Part shown: in pieces, positions 15,716-25,584 of the stretch | Numbering within the stretch: position 1 is the first letter of the stretch | How the letters are laid out: every line of letters starts with the position of its first letter | Assembly: GCA_002399265.1 (NCBI GenBank) | Contig: DHDG01000031.1 | Coordinates: forward strand, 1-63,730 | Reading direction: 5' to 3' | DNA from: Firmicutes bacterium UBA4882 | Lineage (GTDB): Bacteria > Bacillota > UBA4882 | Length of the DNA stretch: 63,730 nucleotides | Notes under the pieces: model-generated | What the model was told of the DNA's origin: nothing | What the model saw: the letters and a program-made list of their open reading frames with translations, nothing else | Database searches by the model: none | Translations under genes and position numbers: made by a program

Positions 15716-18700
15716 ATGCCAACACCTGCCCAGAACGGAAAGATCATGCCGCTGAATCTCAAGTCATCAGATTCCGTACAAAATCTGGCAAAACTAGCTT
15801 TGATTGATGATGTCACTGGCCTGCATAATCGGCGCTTTCTTTTTAACTATCTCGATCGCATTGTTGACGATAATGCATCGGGATGTTTGTCTTTATCAAT
15901 TATCGATATTGACTTTTTTAAGGCGGTCAATGATAGCTATGGACACCTATGCGGCGACGCGGTTTTAGCCAGCTTTGCTGCTTTCCTCAAAAACCACCTG
16001 CGTAAAGAAGACACTGCCGTGCGTTACGCCGGCGATGAATTCGTGCTGCTTTTCCCCGATACTTCCTTAGAGGCTACCTCAGGTATCATGAACAGGCTTT
16101 GTGCCGATACAGCGGCGCACCTTTTTGCGAGTGATTTGCTGGGACGCAAGATCCGCATTACGTTTAGTGCCGGTTTTGAATGTTTGACTCAGGATGCCGG
16201 TTTGGGCAGCGGCAAGGAACTGTTGCGTAAAGCCGATGCTGCTTTATATATGGCGAAAAAGCGAGGGCGCAATCAAGTGTGTAGCGCCAGCGATTTATCA
16301 TCGAGCCCGGATTCCATGCTGAACTTTAGCGATGCGTTTCACTCCGACGAAATTATCGGCCGTAGTTACGCTCTTAGTCAGATGCGATCCCAGTTATGCT
16401 CGGTCAGGGAAGGGCACGGCTGGTTTACCTTACTTTCAGGAGAAACAGGAGTTGGCAAATCACGTTGCGCCAATTATTTGCAAGATGTTGCTGTGCGCGA
16501 CGGCTTTACCATTTTGGCCGGCAGCTGCCACGATCATACAGCGGCGATGCCTTATTGGGCAGTCACGGATCTGCTCCGGGATTCACTCTTATCTGGCGAA
16601 ACACTTAATTTGGAGCAGCTGGCCGGTTTTTTGCCGTCGCTGGGCAATCTGCTTCCGGAAGTGGAGAATTTGGCTGCGGGGGCTCCTCTGATTACGAAAA
16701 CTTTGATGCCACAGGAGCGTAACGTATTCTTCGGAGGGATATGTCGTTATTTAGCCAGTCTGGCGGAAAGCACTCCATTGCTCATCAGAATTGAGGATGT
16801 GCAATGGATCGATCAAAGTTCAGCTCAATTCTTGGCCTTCTTTATCAGACAGATCGCGGACAAACCGATTCAGGTGCTTTGTACTTACTCGCCAGAAGAG
16901 GTATTGACGACACCCGATCTGGAGCATCCGCTCACACTGCTGAAAAATGTGCTGGCTCGCGAAACTAATTATAGCCATATTCATCTGGATCGTTTACAAC
17001 AAGTTGAAGTAGCTGGCCTAATCTGCCGGATACTTGGAGCTGACGGTGTTTCAGATAATTTTACCGCTTATATTTATCGCGAATCGGAAGGCAACCCCTT
17101 TTTTGTCGAGCAAATCCTCAAAACGCTTTATGATGAAGGAACAATCTATCCTTCAGATGAAGGATGGGAAAGAGAACGTATTGAAAATTTAACGCTGCCG
17201 CCTTCAATTAGGGATCTTTTCCGTAAGCGCATCAGCCGCGTAAACGACCAAACCAGGGAAGTGCTTTCACAGGCTGCTGTCATTGGCGAGGTGTTCGAAT
17301 TTGACATCCTCAGGCAGATTTCCGGATTAAACGAAGGCTATTTGTTGGATGTTCTTGATGAGGCCATTGGAGCACAACTTGTTGAGGAGCATTCCAAAGA
17401 CGGTGAGCGTTACCGCTTCACCCACGGTAAAATCATGCAGGTTCTTTACGAAGAGATGACTGTGCGCCGACGTAAAATGCTACACTTACGCATTGCCGAG
17501 TTGTTGGAGCAATTTGATCAAGGCAGTAGCGTGTTTGCCCGCTTAAGCTGGCATTTTTACAAAGGCGGCCACGGCGAAAAAGCCTGTGATTATTCTCTGC
17601 TGGCAGCACAAAGAGCGATCGATCTGCTAGCATTTAATGAAGCCCTAAGCCAGCTGAAGACGGTCGAAGAACTGCTGGCCGAAGGCGTCACAATTTCTGA
17701 TGAGCAACGTTTGCTGTATCTTCTGATTGAAGGCCGCGCTTTATTTGAAACAGGAAAATACCTGCAGGCCATCAGTGGATTAGAAGAAGCCAAGAAATTG
17801 GCAGTTGCTGCAGACGATCGGATCTCAATAATTAATGCCTTGATTTTAATGGCCATGTGTGAAGAACGCTTGGGTGAGCACGATATTGTTTTTGCGCATC
17901 TTGACGAAGCCATCGATTATGCCAGACGGGAAAATGTGAAGCCGGAGCTTTTTGCTCGTATTTATCGCATCTACGGCATGATCTATCTTCAGAAAGGCGA
18001 AATGAAGCAAGCTCTGGAGTATGCTCTGAAGCAATTAGAGAAGGCGAAGGCAGCCCAATCTGTCTATGATGAGCGGTTATCTTTTCTATTGCTGGGCTCC
18101 ATTTACTTCGGGTGGGATGTTCATGACAAAGCCGCGCAGTATTTTGAAGAAGGCTTGCGGTTGGCTCCTGTAGAAAGCGATTCCATTGAGCCGCACTTCA
18201 TCAATAACCTGGGAGTTCTGGCCTACTATCGTGGTGACTGGGACGAAGCCGATTCCCATTACCATCGCGGATTAGTCATTGCCCGTAGACTCGGAGACTT
18301 GCATCAGGAAATGATCTTACTAATCAATTGCAGTGAGTTGCAGATTTGCAGAGGTCAGATTGCGGAAGCTGAAAAAACCATGCACAATGTCACGCAGTTG
18401 GTTAAGGAAATGAAATCCAAAGAACTTTATGGGCATGCCAAACTAAATGAAGGCTTGCTGAATATCAGGAAGAGGCTGCCGAAAGAGGCATTGGAAGCAT
18501 TTGATGCCGCTCTCGTTTCCTTTACGGCCATGAATTCCAAGAATTACGGCTCAGTAACGCAAGTCTACCGTGCTCTGGCACTGATTATTCTGGAAAGGTA
18601 TGCGGAAGCCGCCCAATCTCTGGAGCGCGCGGAGCAGCTGGCCAAAGAAGCTGACAGTAAGGCGAGTCTGGCGATGACGGTTCTGGTATCAGCTTTTGCG

Positions 18701-18958
18701 GATTTCCGGCAGCGGAAATTTCAGGATGCTAATCGCAAGTTAAATGAGAGTAAGCGTTATTACAGGCATGTAAAACGCCCATTTCAGGAAGCGCTCATCG
18801 AATTACTGGAAGCGCTCTTGATCCTACAAGTCGGCGCTGATAAGCGGACTGCTTTCAAGAAACTTGATAAGGCGGCCGAGATATTTGAAAGACTGCGCAC
18901 TCCCGAATTGGAGACTGCGAACAATCTTAAAAGTGTCTGGAGTGAGAAACTTAATTAG
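15716..18958 (+). CDS. GGDEF (AGDEF) diguanylate-cyclase domain fused to an AAA_16/STAND ATPase and TPR repeats
   Basis: Motifs DVTGLHNRR, DIDFFKAVND, the RKED I-site, AGDEF, Walker A GETGVGKS, and Walker B-like LLIRIEDVQWID. The C-terminal roughly 450 aa are helical-repeat rich. Confidence 0.85.
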   Translation: MPTPAQNGKIMPLNLKSSDSVQNLAKLALIDDVTGLHNRRFLFNYLDRIVDDNASGCLSLSIIDIDFFKAVNDSYGHLCGDAVLASFAAFLKNHLRKEDTAVRYAGDEFVLLFPDTSLEATSGIMNRLCADTAAHLFASDLLGRKIRITFSAGFECLTQDAGLGSGKELLRKADAALYMAKKRGRNQVCSASDLSSSPDSMLNFSDAFHSDEIIGRSYALSQMRSQLCSVREGHGWFTLLSGETGVGKSRCANYLQDVAVRDGFTILAGSCHDHTAAMPYWAVTDLLRDSLLSGETLNLEQLAGFLPSLGNLLPEVENLAAGAPLITKTLMPQERNVFFGGICRYLASLAESTPLLIRIEDVQWIDQSSAQFLAFFIRQIADKPIQVLCTYSPEEVLTTPDLEHPLTLLKNVLARETNYSHIHLDRLQQVEVAGLICRILGADGVSDNFTAYIYRESEGNPFFVEQILKTLYDEGTIYPSDEGWERERIENLTLPPSIRDLFRKRISRVNDQTREVLSQAAVIGEVFEFDILRQISGLNEGYLLDVLDEAIGAQLVEEHSKDGERYRFTHGKIMQVLYEEMTVRRRKMLHLRIAELLEQFDQGSSVFARLSWHFYKGGHGEKACDYSLLAAQRAIDLLAFNEALSQLKTVEELLAEGVTISDEQRLLYLLIEGRALFETGKYLQAISGLEEAKKLAVAADDRISIINALILMAMCEERLGEHDIVFAHLDEAIDYARRENVKPELFARIYRIYGMIYLQKGEMKQALEYALKQLEKAKAAQSVYDERLSFLLLGSIYFGWDVHDKAAQYFEEGLRLAPVESDSIEPHFINNLGVLAYYRGDWDEADSHYHRGLVIARRLGDLHQEMILLINCSELQICRGQIAEAEKTMHNVTQLVKEMKSKELYGHAKLNEGLLNIRKRLPKEALEAFDAALVSFTAMNSKNYGSVTQVYRALALIILERYAEAAQSLERAEQLAKEADSKASLAMTVLVSAFADFRQRKFQDANRKLNESKRYYRHVKRPFQEALIELLEALLILQVGADKRTAFKKLDKAAEIFERLRTPELETANNLKSVWSEKLN

Positions 18959-18965
18959 TGACAGG

Positions 18966-18989
18966 GGCTGTCAAGTGACAGCCTTTTTT
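18966..18989 (+). terminator. Intrinsic terminator
   Basis: GGCTGTCA-ag-TGACAGCC followed by TTTTTT. Confidence 0.8.
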
Positions 18990-19013
18990 CATGTGGGGCG
19001 TGCCAATTCTAAG

Positions 19014-19049
19014 GATATGCTAAGATTATTAGATATGCTATGATTAGGA
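19014..19049. repeat. Tandem 18-bp repeat upstream of folD
   Basis: GATATGCTAAGATTATTA and GATATGCTATGATTAGGA are identical at 15 of 18 positions. Confidence 0.7.
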
Positions 19050-19074
19050 TAATCGCGAATGGAGGTGTAAGATA

Positions 19075-19923
19075 TTGTCCGCAAAAATCATTGATGGCCG
19101 TTCGATCGCGGCGGAGCTGGAAAGAAAGGTAGCCGTAGAGGCAGCGCAGCTCGCAGCCGCTGGAATAGTACCTGGTCTGGCCGTTGTGCTTGTTGGAGAT
19201 GATCCGGCGTCCCGGGTGTACGTTAATTCCAAGAAAAAGGCTTGTCAGCGCTGCGGAATCCACTCTGAAGAAATCAAGATGCCTGCCACAGCCAGCACGG
19301 CAGAAATTGTGGCACAAGTTGAGCAACTCAATCAGAGCAAAGATATTCACGGAATTTTGGTGCAGTTGCCGATGCCTGCCGGAATTGACGAACAGCAGGT
19401 GATTAACAGTGTGCATCCTTCCAAAGATGTTGATGGTTTTCATCCGGCCAGTCTTGGCAGACTGTTTTCTGACGATCCTCTCTTTGTTCCGTGTACCCCA
19501 GCGGGAATCATGGATTTGGTCAAATCCACCGGAATTGAGATCAAAGGAAAAGAATGCGTGGTCGTTGGACGCAGTCTCATCGTTGGGAAGCCAATCAGTA
19601 TGTTGTTACTGCGCGAGCATGGTACCGTAACGATCGCTCATTCCCGCACCGCCAACTTGACGGAGGTGTGTCGGCGCGCCGATATTCTGGTCGTAGCCGT
19701 AGGACGCCCGCAACTGGTGACAGGCAGCATGATTAAACCCGGTGCCGTCGTCATTGATGTTGGCACCAACAAGGTCAATGACCGTCTGGTGGGGGATGTT
19801 AACTTTGAGGAAGCTGCCGCTGTCGCCAGTTATATCACGCCGGTACCAGGCGGAGTCGGGCCAATGACCATCGCAAAATTGATGGAGAACACCGTTTTAG
19901 CAGCCAGGTTGGCCAAGAGATAA
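19075..19923 (+). CDS. folD: Bifunctional methylenetetrahydrofolate dehydrogenase/cyclohydrolase
   Basis: Motifs IIDGRSIA, LAVVLVGDDPASRVYV, VQLPMP, PCTPAG and PVPGGVGPMT. Confidence 0.95.
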   Translation: MSAKIIDGRSIAAELERKVAVEAAQLAAAGIVPGLAVVLVGDDPASRVYVNSKKKACQRCGIHSEEIKMPATASTAEIVAQVEQLNQSKDIHGILVQLPMPAGIDEQQVINSVHPSKDVDGFHPASLGRLFSDDPLFVPCTPAGIMDLVKSTGIEIKGKECVVVGRSLIVGKPISMLLLREHGTVTIAHSRTANLTEVCRRADILVVAVGRPQLVTGSMIKPGAVVIDVGTNKVNDRLVGDVNFEEAAAVASYITPVPGGVGPMTIAKLMENTVLAARLAKR

Positions 19924-19929
19924 TTTGGG

Positions 19930-21567
19930 GTGAGAATTTTGAGACAGACGGTCTACGTAGTCGGACATAAAAACCCGGATACGGATTCAGTTTGTTCTGC
20001 ATTAGGCTACGCCGCCCTTAAGAGAGGTCTCGGTTTTCCGGATTATTTTGCCGCCAGGGCAGGGGTTGTTGGTACGGAGGCACGCTTTCTGCTGCGTCGT
20101 TTCGGATTGGACGCCCCGCTTTATCTGCCGGATGTTAAAACAAAAGTGCAAGATGTGATGAAAACCGATCTATTATCGGTACCGATGGATGCGCCCATCA
20201 AACAAGTCTATCATCGCTTGCAGGAAACGCACGGAAAACTGGCCGTCATCCAGCGTCCCGATGGTAGTCTGGGCGGAATTGTGACTAACTCGGATCTGGC
20301 GATGGCCTTTATGGGTGCGGTAGAATCAGATCAGCATTATCTGCGCTTCAGTCTCAGGACATTGCTGGATGTCATGCAGGGTACGCTTTTATGCGGTGAC
20401 ATTGACGCGGTTGTGAGCGGCCAGATTTTCATTGCGGCGATGTCTCCGCCCACAATGAAGCGGTTCTTACAGCCTGGCGCAATCATCATTACCGGCGATC
20501 GCACCGAGGCTCAAAAAATTGCGGCCGAGGTTTCGGCCTGCCTGATCATAACCGGTAACGCCAAGATAGATCCAGAAGTACTGGCGATCGCGTCTCAAAG
20601 GAATATGCCCGTGATCGTGGCACCGGGAGACACCTATATGGCAGTCCGCAATGTGGGATTGAGTCGTGCGGTCAGCGATGTCATGAATCAGGAGCCGATT
20701 GTGTTTGCTCCAGAAGATCTGTTATCAGATGTCATTAAGCAAACCCGTGAAGCCAGACACCGCGTTTATCCGGTCGTCAACGAAAAAAGCCGTATGGTGG
20801 CGGGGGCGCTGTTTCGCGACGACTTATTTGGCAATTCCGGACGCAATCTGGTGCTGGTGGATCACAATGAAAAAAGTCAGGCAGTGTCAGGAATTGAAGA
20901 AGCCAAAATACTGGAGATCATTGATCATCATCGACTGGGAGATATCCAAACCAGCGGTCCGGTATTAGTGCGCAATGAGCCGGTTGGCAGTACCGCGACG
21001 ATTGTGACCAAAATAGCGCGAGAGAATGCCTACGATCTGCCAGGCGAAATTTGCGGGGCACTGCTGGGTGCGATCCTTTCTGACACACTGGTGTTTCGGT
21101 CGCCAACCTGCACCGATATGGATCGGGAAATGGCCAACTATCTGGCCGGAAGATGCGGTGAGGATCCCGAAAAACTGGGGTTTGAGATGCTGCGCGCTGG
21201 TTCGGAGGTGGAAGGTTTGCCGGCCGATCAGTTGATCCGCTACAATCTTAAGGAATACCAAATTGGAGGTAATCGCGCGGCAGTCGGACAATGTGAAGTT
21301 GTGGACACGAGTCGCTTGTTGACGCGCAAAGATGAAATCTTGACTGAAATGGATGCCCTCTGTCAAAGCCGTGATCTAGCTGTCATGATTATGATGTTTA
21401 CTGAAATTATGCGGCGCGGTACGCATCTGTTGATCACCGGGCCAGAAAAGGCTTTAATTGCCGCAGCCTTCAAACAAAAATTTGATCCGGAAGGCTTTTT
21501 CCTTCCTGGGGTGTTGTCCCGCAAAATGCAGATCATTCCCAAAGTAACGGTTGCTTTGGGCGGGTAA
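19930..21567 (+). CDS. CBS/DRTGG-domain-containing family II (DHH) inorganic pyrophosphatase
   Basis: Motifs GHKNPDTDS, CBS pair, DRTEAQ region, DHNEKSQ, IIDHHRLG and a DHHA2 tail. The start may be TTG 19939. Confidence 0.85.
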   Translation: MRILRQTVYVVGHKNPDTDSVCSALGYAALKRGLGFPDYFAARAGVVGTEARFLLRRFGLDAPLYLPDVKTKVQDVMKTDLLSVPMDAPIKQVYHRLQETHGKLAVIQRPDGSLGGIVTNSDLAMAFMGAVESDQHYLRFSLRTLLDVMQGTLLCGDIDAVVSGQIFIAAMSPPTMKRFLQPGAIIITGDRTEAQKIAAEVSACLIITGNAKIDPEVLAIASQRNMPVIVAPGDTYMAVRNVGLSRAVSDVMNQEPIVFAPEDLLSDVIKQTREARHRVYPVVNEKSRMVAGALFRDDLFGNSGRNLVLVDHNEKSQAVSGIEEAKILEIIDHHRLGDIQTSGPVLVRNEPVGSTATIVTKIARENAYDLPGEICGALLGAILSDTLVFRSPTCTDMDREMANYLAGRCGEDPEKLGFEMLRAGSEVEGLPADQLIRYNLKEYQIGGNRAAVGQCEVVDTSRLLTRKDEILTEMDALCQSRDLAVMIMMFTEIMRRGTHLLITGPEKALIAAAFKQKFDPEGFFLPGVLSRKMQIIPKVTVALGG

Positions 21568-21634
21568 AAATGATTTTGATCGGCAGCGTTGCGGCAGGAC
21601 TTTTTGCTTGGATACCGAATAGCTTGCCTGATAG

Positions 21635-21662
21635 GCCGGTTCGTGGTTGAGCCGGCTTTTTA
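21635..21662 (+). terminator. Intrinsic terminator
   Basis: GCCGGTTCG-loop-TTGAGCCGGC followed by TTTTTA. Confidence 0.55.
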
Positions 21663-21758
21663 TGGGAAGTATTATGTATACAGTATTACGGCTACAACTG
21701 ATAGCCGTGACCCCGTCGATAATTAGGACGCAATTATAACGGCTGAGGAGAGATTATC

Positions 21759-22970
21759 ATGCGCTTTAGTGAAAGAGCCCGGGCGATCACACCATCGTCA
21801 ACCTTCGCATTTGATGCCAGAGCCAAGGAAATGGTCCGGAAAGGAATTGATGTCGTTAGCTTCGGAACAGGAGAGCCGGATTTTGATACTCCGAAGCTGA
21901 TTCAGGATGCTGGTATTGAAGCAATCCAGAAAGGTGTCACCAGATACACTCCGGTGGCTGGTTTGCTGCCTTTGCGGGAAGCAATCTGCCGGAAAATGAA
22001 GGAAGATCATGGCTTAAGCTATGAGCCTTCGCAGGTCTTGGTGTCCTCTGGTGCTAAAATGTCACTTTATATTGCTTTCCAGGTCCTGCTATCCCCTGGT
22101 GACGAAGTACTTATTCCCGCACCGTATTGGGTGAGCTATGTTGAGCAGGTCAAATTGGCAGACGGAGTACCAGTCATTGTACCGAGCACCGAAAAAGATG
22201 GCTTCCGTATCAAGCCTGAAGCACTGCGCAAGTACATTACTCCGAAAACCCGCGTATTGCTGCTGAACAGTCCGTCGAATCCTTCCGGCGCTGTGTATAC
22301 CGAAGCCGAAATCAGAGCTATTGCCGAGGTGGCCTGCGAACACGATTTGACGATTGTTTCTGATGAGATTTACGAAAAATTAATCTATGATGGCAACAGC
22401 CATTTTTCGATTGCACAGGTTAGTCCGGAGCTGCAAGATCGCACCATCCTGATTAACGGTGTGTCCAAAACCTATGCCATGACCGGCTGGCGTATTGGAT
22501 ACGCGGTCGGCCCGAAAGAAGCCATTAAACTAATGTCCAATTTACAGGGGCATAGTACTTCCAATGCTTCATCCATTGGCCAGTACGCCAGTATTACAGC
22601 CTTAACTGGCTCCCAGGATGCTTTCCGCACCATGAAAGCCGAGTTCGAAAAGCGTCGTAATCTCATGGTGGAGCGCGTGAATAAGATTCCCGGATTCAGT
22701 TGTCGCAAACCGGAAGGGGCTTTCTACGTTTTCGCCAACATCTCAGAGTTGCTGCACAAAACATTGAGCGGCGTAACCATCAATTCTGGCGATGATCTGG
22801 CGGATGTCCTGCTGGATCATGCCCATGTAGCAGTTATCCCGGGATCCGGTTTCGGAATGCCTGATTTTGTAAGGTTCTCCTATGCCACTTCGATCAACCG
22901 GATTGAAGAAGGATTGGATCGCATTAGAGAATACCTCTCCCTGCAATTGAATCTGGAAAAAGTAGTCTGA
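21759..22970 (+). CDS. Aspartate/class I aminotransferase
   Basis: Motifs GEPDFDTP, NSPSNPSG and SKTYAMTGWRIGY (PLP Lys). Confidence 0.9.
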   Translation: MRFSERARAITPSSTFAFDARAKEMVRKGIDVVSFGTGEPDFDTPKLIQDAGIEAIQKGVTRYTPVAGLLPLREAICRKMKEDHGLSYEPSQVLVSSGAKMSLYIAFQVLLSPGDEVLIPAPYWVSYVEQVKLADGVPVIVPSTEKDGFRIKPEALRKYITPKTRVLLLNSPSNPSGAVYTEAEIRAIAEVACEHDLTIVSDEIYEKLIYDGNSHFSIAQVSPELQDRTILINGVSKTYAMTGWRIGYAVGPKEAIKLMSNLQGHSTSNASSIGQYASITALTGSQDAFRTMKAEFEKRRNLMVERVNKIPGFSCRKPEGAFYVFANISELLHKTLSGVTINSGDDLADVLLDHAHVAVIPGSGFGMPDFVRFSYATSINRIEEGLDRIREYLSLQLNLEKVV

Positions 22971-23038
22971 TTGCAATAGTTGATCGAGACCGCATCACCG
23001 AAAATGACTAAAAAACTCAATTGATCAATTGTTGACAC

Positions 23039-23074
23039 AGAGCTGCCATACTTTTGTCTGGCAGCTCTAACTTT
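23039..23074 (+). terminator. Hairpin terminator with a weak U-tract
   Basis: AGAGCTGCCA, a 10-nt loop, TGGCAGCTCT, then AACTTTAT. Confidence 0.5.
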
Positions 23075-23156
23075 ATGAAGCAAATTATGGTACGATCGGA
23101 AATACGAGAGACAATAAGAGAGCGTACTCCGGGGAACAGGAAGGGGAGAGAAATTC

Positions 23157-24242
23157 ATGATGCAGACGCGCTTTGGTAAAGTGGTCGCGATCATCTCCCA
23201 AGGGGATCAGCTCAGTGAGATCATGACAGAAGTGGAAGGACGGATGGAAAAAGCATATGTTTACCCGCAGTTAACGGGGAACCCGCAACCCGGGGAGACG
23301 GTTTTGTTGAACACTACCGCCGTTCGTCTGGGCCTTGGCAGCGGCGGCCGGCACTTTGTGCAGCTGATCGTTGGCAGAGAGCAGCACGAATTAGACGGTC
23401 CCGGGCACATCATGAAACTCCGCTACACTCCCTGGCAGCTAAAATGCCAGACTATTGACGAACCGGGGGCAGCCGGTCATGAAGCCTTAAAGGACGGGGG
23501 CAATCTGGAGGGCATGCCGGTGGTCGTCGCCGAACTGCATAGTCAATTGGCACCCATATGTCTGATGGCCAAAGAACATAGCTCCTGTAAGATTCGACTC
23601 GTTTACATTATGCCGGATTGGGCCGCACTACCAATCGCGCTCAGTAATACAGTCCGGCAACTGCAAAGCCAGGGTTTGATTGATCACACGATTACATATG
23701 GACATGCTTTTGGCGGGGATGCCGAGGCGGTCAATATTTTCAGCGCTTTGCTGGCCGCCCGGAAAGTTTTTCATGCCGATGTGGCAGTTGTCGCTATGGG
23801 ACCTGGAATTGTCGGGACTGGCACGAAATATGGATTTTCAGGCATCGAACAAGGTCCGGCGCTCGATGCGGTCGCCTTGATGGGCGGAAAAGCGATCGCA
23901 CCGCTACGCATCGGCTTTGGGGATCAGCGGGAGCGGCATTATGGTATTAGCCATCATTCACTGACTGTGCTGGCAGAGATCGTCCAAAACAAAGTCAGGG
24001 TGCCATTACCAGTGCTCTCGGGCGACAAAGGCATAGTTATATATAGTCAGCTGACCGCCGCCGGGATTGCCGAAAAGCATCATTTGGTTGAGGTAGACGC
24101 CACCGATACTCTTGATTTGATGCAAACCCGTCAACTGAATGTTACGACGATGGGCCGGGGCCTACGCGCAGAACCTGAGTTTTTTATGAGTGCTGGCGCG
24201 GCTGGGATTTTAGCCGCACAGGAGGCAAAAGGATGGAGTTAA
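23157..24242 (+). CDS. DUF3866 family protein
   Basis: The LNTTAVRLGLGSGGRHFV motif and the position upstream of nudF match my recollection of this family. This was not verified by search. Confidence 0.6.
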   Translation: MMQTRFGKVVAIISQGDQLSEIMTEVEGRMEKAYVYPQLTGNPQPGETVLLNTTAVRLGLGSGGRHFVQLIVGREQHELDGPGHIMKLRYTPWQLKCQTIDEPGAAGHEALKDGGNLEGMPVVVAELHSQLAPICLMAKEHSSCKIRLVYIMPDWAALPIALSNTVRQLQSQGLIDHTITYGHAFGGDAEAVNIFSALLAARKVFHADVAVVAMGPGIVGTGTKYGFSGIEQGPALDAVALMGGKAIAPLRIGFGDQRERHYGISHHSLTVLAEIVQNKVRVPLPVLSGDKGIVIYSQLTAAGIAEKHHLVEVDATDTLDLMQTRQLNVTTMGRGLRAEPEFFMSAGAAGILAAQEAKGWS

Positions 24243-24772
24243 GAGAGACTCTAATTGGCAGTGAGTATTTCTTTCACGGCATGATTAATGTGCGGCTCGA
24301 CCAGGTGCGGACGCCCAATGGCAGCATCGCGCAGAGAGTGGTCGCGGAACATCCAGGGGCAGCCGCGATTGTGACAGTGAATCAGGACGGCCGTTTGGTG
24401 CTGGTCAGGCAGTACCGGCATCCGATCGGGCGAGAATTGCTTGAAATCCCGGCCGGTAAGCTGGACGGTGGCGAACCGCCCGAACAATGTGCAGCCCGCG
24501 AATTATCTGAAGAAACCGGATTACAGCCGGTTGAACTGCTTGAGCTCGGCAAGATTGTGACCGCTCCCGGGTTTTGCAATGAGGGAATTACCTTGTTTTT
24601 CGCCCGGGGAGTGCCACAGCAGGGTGCGAAGGCCTCCCAGGATGCAGATGAATTTATAGAAATCGAGCTGCTTGAGGTCGAACAGGTTTTTAGTGCGATC
24701 ACCCAAGGACAAATCATTGATGCCAAAACCATCTGCGGCCTAATGATGGCGCGCGCCAAAGGACTGCTTTAG
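24233..24772 (+). CDS. nudF: ADP-ribose pyrophosphatase (NUDIX hydrolase)
   Basis: Nudix box GKLDGGEPPEQCAARELSEETG. The start overlaps the upstream stop. Confidence 0.88.
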   Translation: MELRETLIGSEYFFHGMINVRLDQVRTPNGSIAQRVVAEHPGAAAIVTVNQDGRLVLVRQYRHPIGRELLEIPAGKLDGGEPPEQCAARELSEETGLQPVELLELGKIVTAPGFCNEGITLFFARGVPQQGAKASQDADEFIEIELLEVEQVFSAITQGQIIDAKTICGLMMARAKGLL

Positions 24773-24833
24773 GAATGCTATGGTGGCGAAGCGCAGGCAA
24801 CGCAGGCCCACTTAAAATAATGTAATAATTTAG

Positions 24834-24887
24834 ACCACCGGCACGTAAGCATGTACCAGATAGGAGGGCGTTGCCGGTGGTTTTTTG
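24834..24887 (+). terminator. Hairpin plus U-tract after nudF
   Basis: ACCACCGGCA, a 28-nt loop, TGCCGGTGGT, then TTTTT. Confidence 0.5.
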
Positions 24888-25518
24888 GCTTAAAATGAAG
24901 CAGCAAATCGGGGATTACATATCTAACCATGCCACTTATTTCATCGTGGCTACAGTCATGCTGGTCATGGGCATCGTCTTCGGCGCGCTGGCTGTCAAGA
25001 TCCTTAACCCGGGTCAACGCGGCGAACTTTGGCAGTACTTGGCGGCTTTCTTCGACAAGATGGATAGTCGTGAGACGATTGCTGCTCCAATTTTGCTTCG
25101 GAATTCGTTGCTTGGCCACTTTCGGACCTTGGCGCTAATTACGGTGCTGGGCTTGTCAGTAATCGGCTCTCCGCTGATTTTGCTTTTTCTTTTTACAAGG
25201 GGCTTTGTGATAGGGTTTTCAGTCGGTTTTCTGGTGGACCAGATAGTGTTCAAGGGAGTACTGTTATCCATAGTCGCCGTTTTACCCCAGAATTTCTTGA
25301 TTGTGCCTGCCTTGTTGCTCTCGAGCGTTGCCTGCCTGGACTTTTCGATCATTTTAGTACGGGGGCGTCTCAAAAATCGAGGTATGGACCGTCTCCATGA
25401 TCTGATGGCCACCGGTGGAGCAGTTTTGGTCTCCGGAATAATCCTGATACTGGCCAGTTTGATTGAAGCTTATATCAGCCCTGCTTTTTTATCGCTGTTC
25501 GGCAGATGGCTAATCTGA
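24871..25518 (+). CDS. spoIIM: Stage II sporulation protein M
   Basis: Five TM segments. VLPQNFLIVPALLL and LIEAYISP resemble SpoIIM. The start is ambiguous: TTG 24871, GTG 24877 (7 nt after GGAGGG) or ATG 24895. Confidence 0.85.
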   Translation: MPVVFWLKMKQQIGDYISNHATYFIVATVMLVMGIVFGALAVKILNPGQRGELWQYLAAFFDKMDSRETIAAPILLRNSLLGHFRTLALITVLGLSVIGSPLILLFLFTRGFVIGFSVGFLVDQIVFKGVLLSIVAVLPQNFLIVPALLLSSVACLDFSIILVRGRLKNRGMDRLHDLMATGGAVLVSGIILILASLIEAYISPAFLSLFGRWLI

Positions 25519-25584
25519 TGTCATTAATTCGGTACTTTGCTAATAGGTTTTAACAATTATTAATTTAGCGGGGAGGGGACTGAT

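Noticed and set aside
18959-19074. A search for THF or ZTP (pfl) riboswitches upstream of folD (this region) and fhs (29318..29459)
   Set aside because: Neither leader contains the conserved cores I can recall, such as GGGUCGUGACUGGCG...CCGCCUGGGCA for ZTP. Both leaders are short.
23018-23037. The 14-bp palindrome CAATTGATCAATTG followed by a perfect TTGACA hexamer, considered as a promoter or operator for the DUF3866 gene
   Set aside because: No acceptable -10 hexamer lies 16-18 nt downstream. The TTGACA abuts the stem of the aminotransferase terminator. The palindrome alone is too short and AT-rich to be meaningful.
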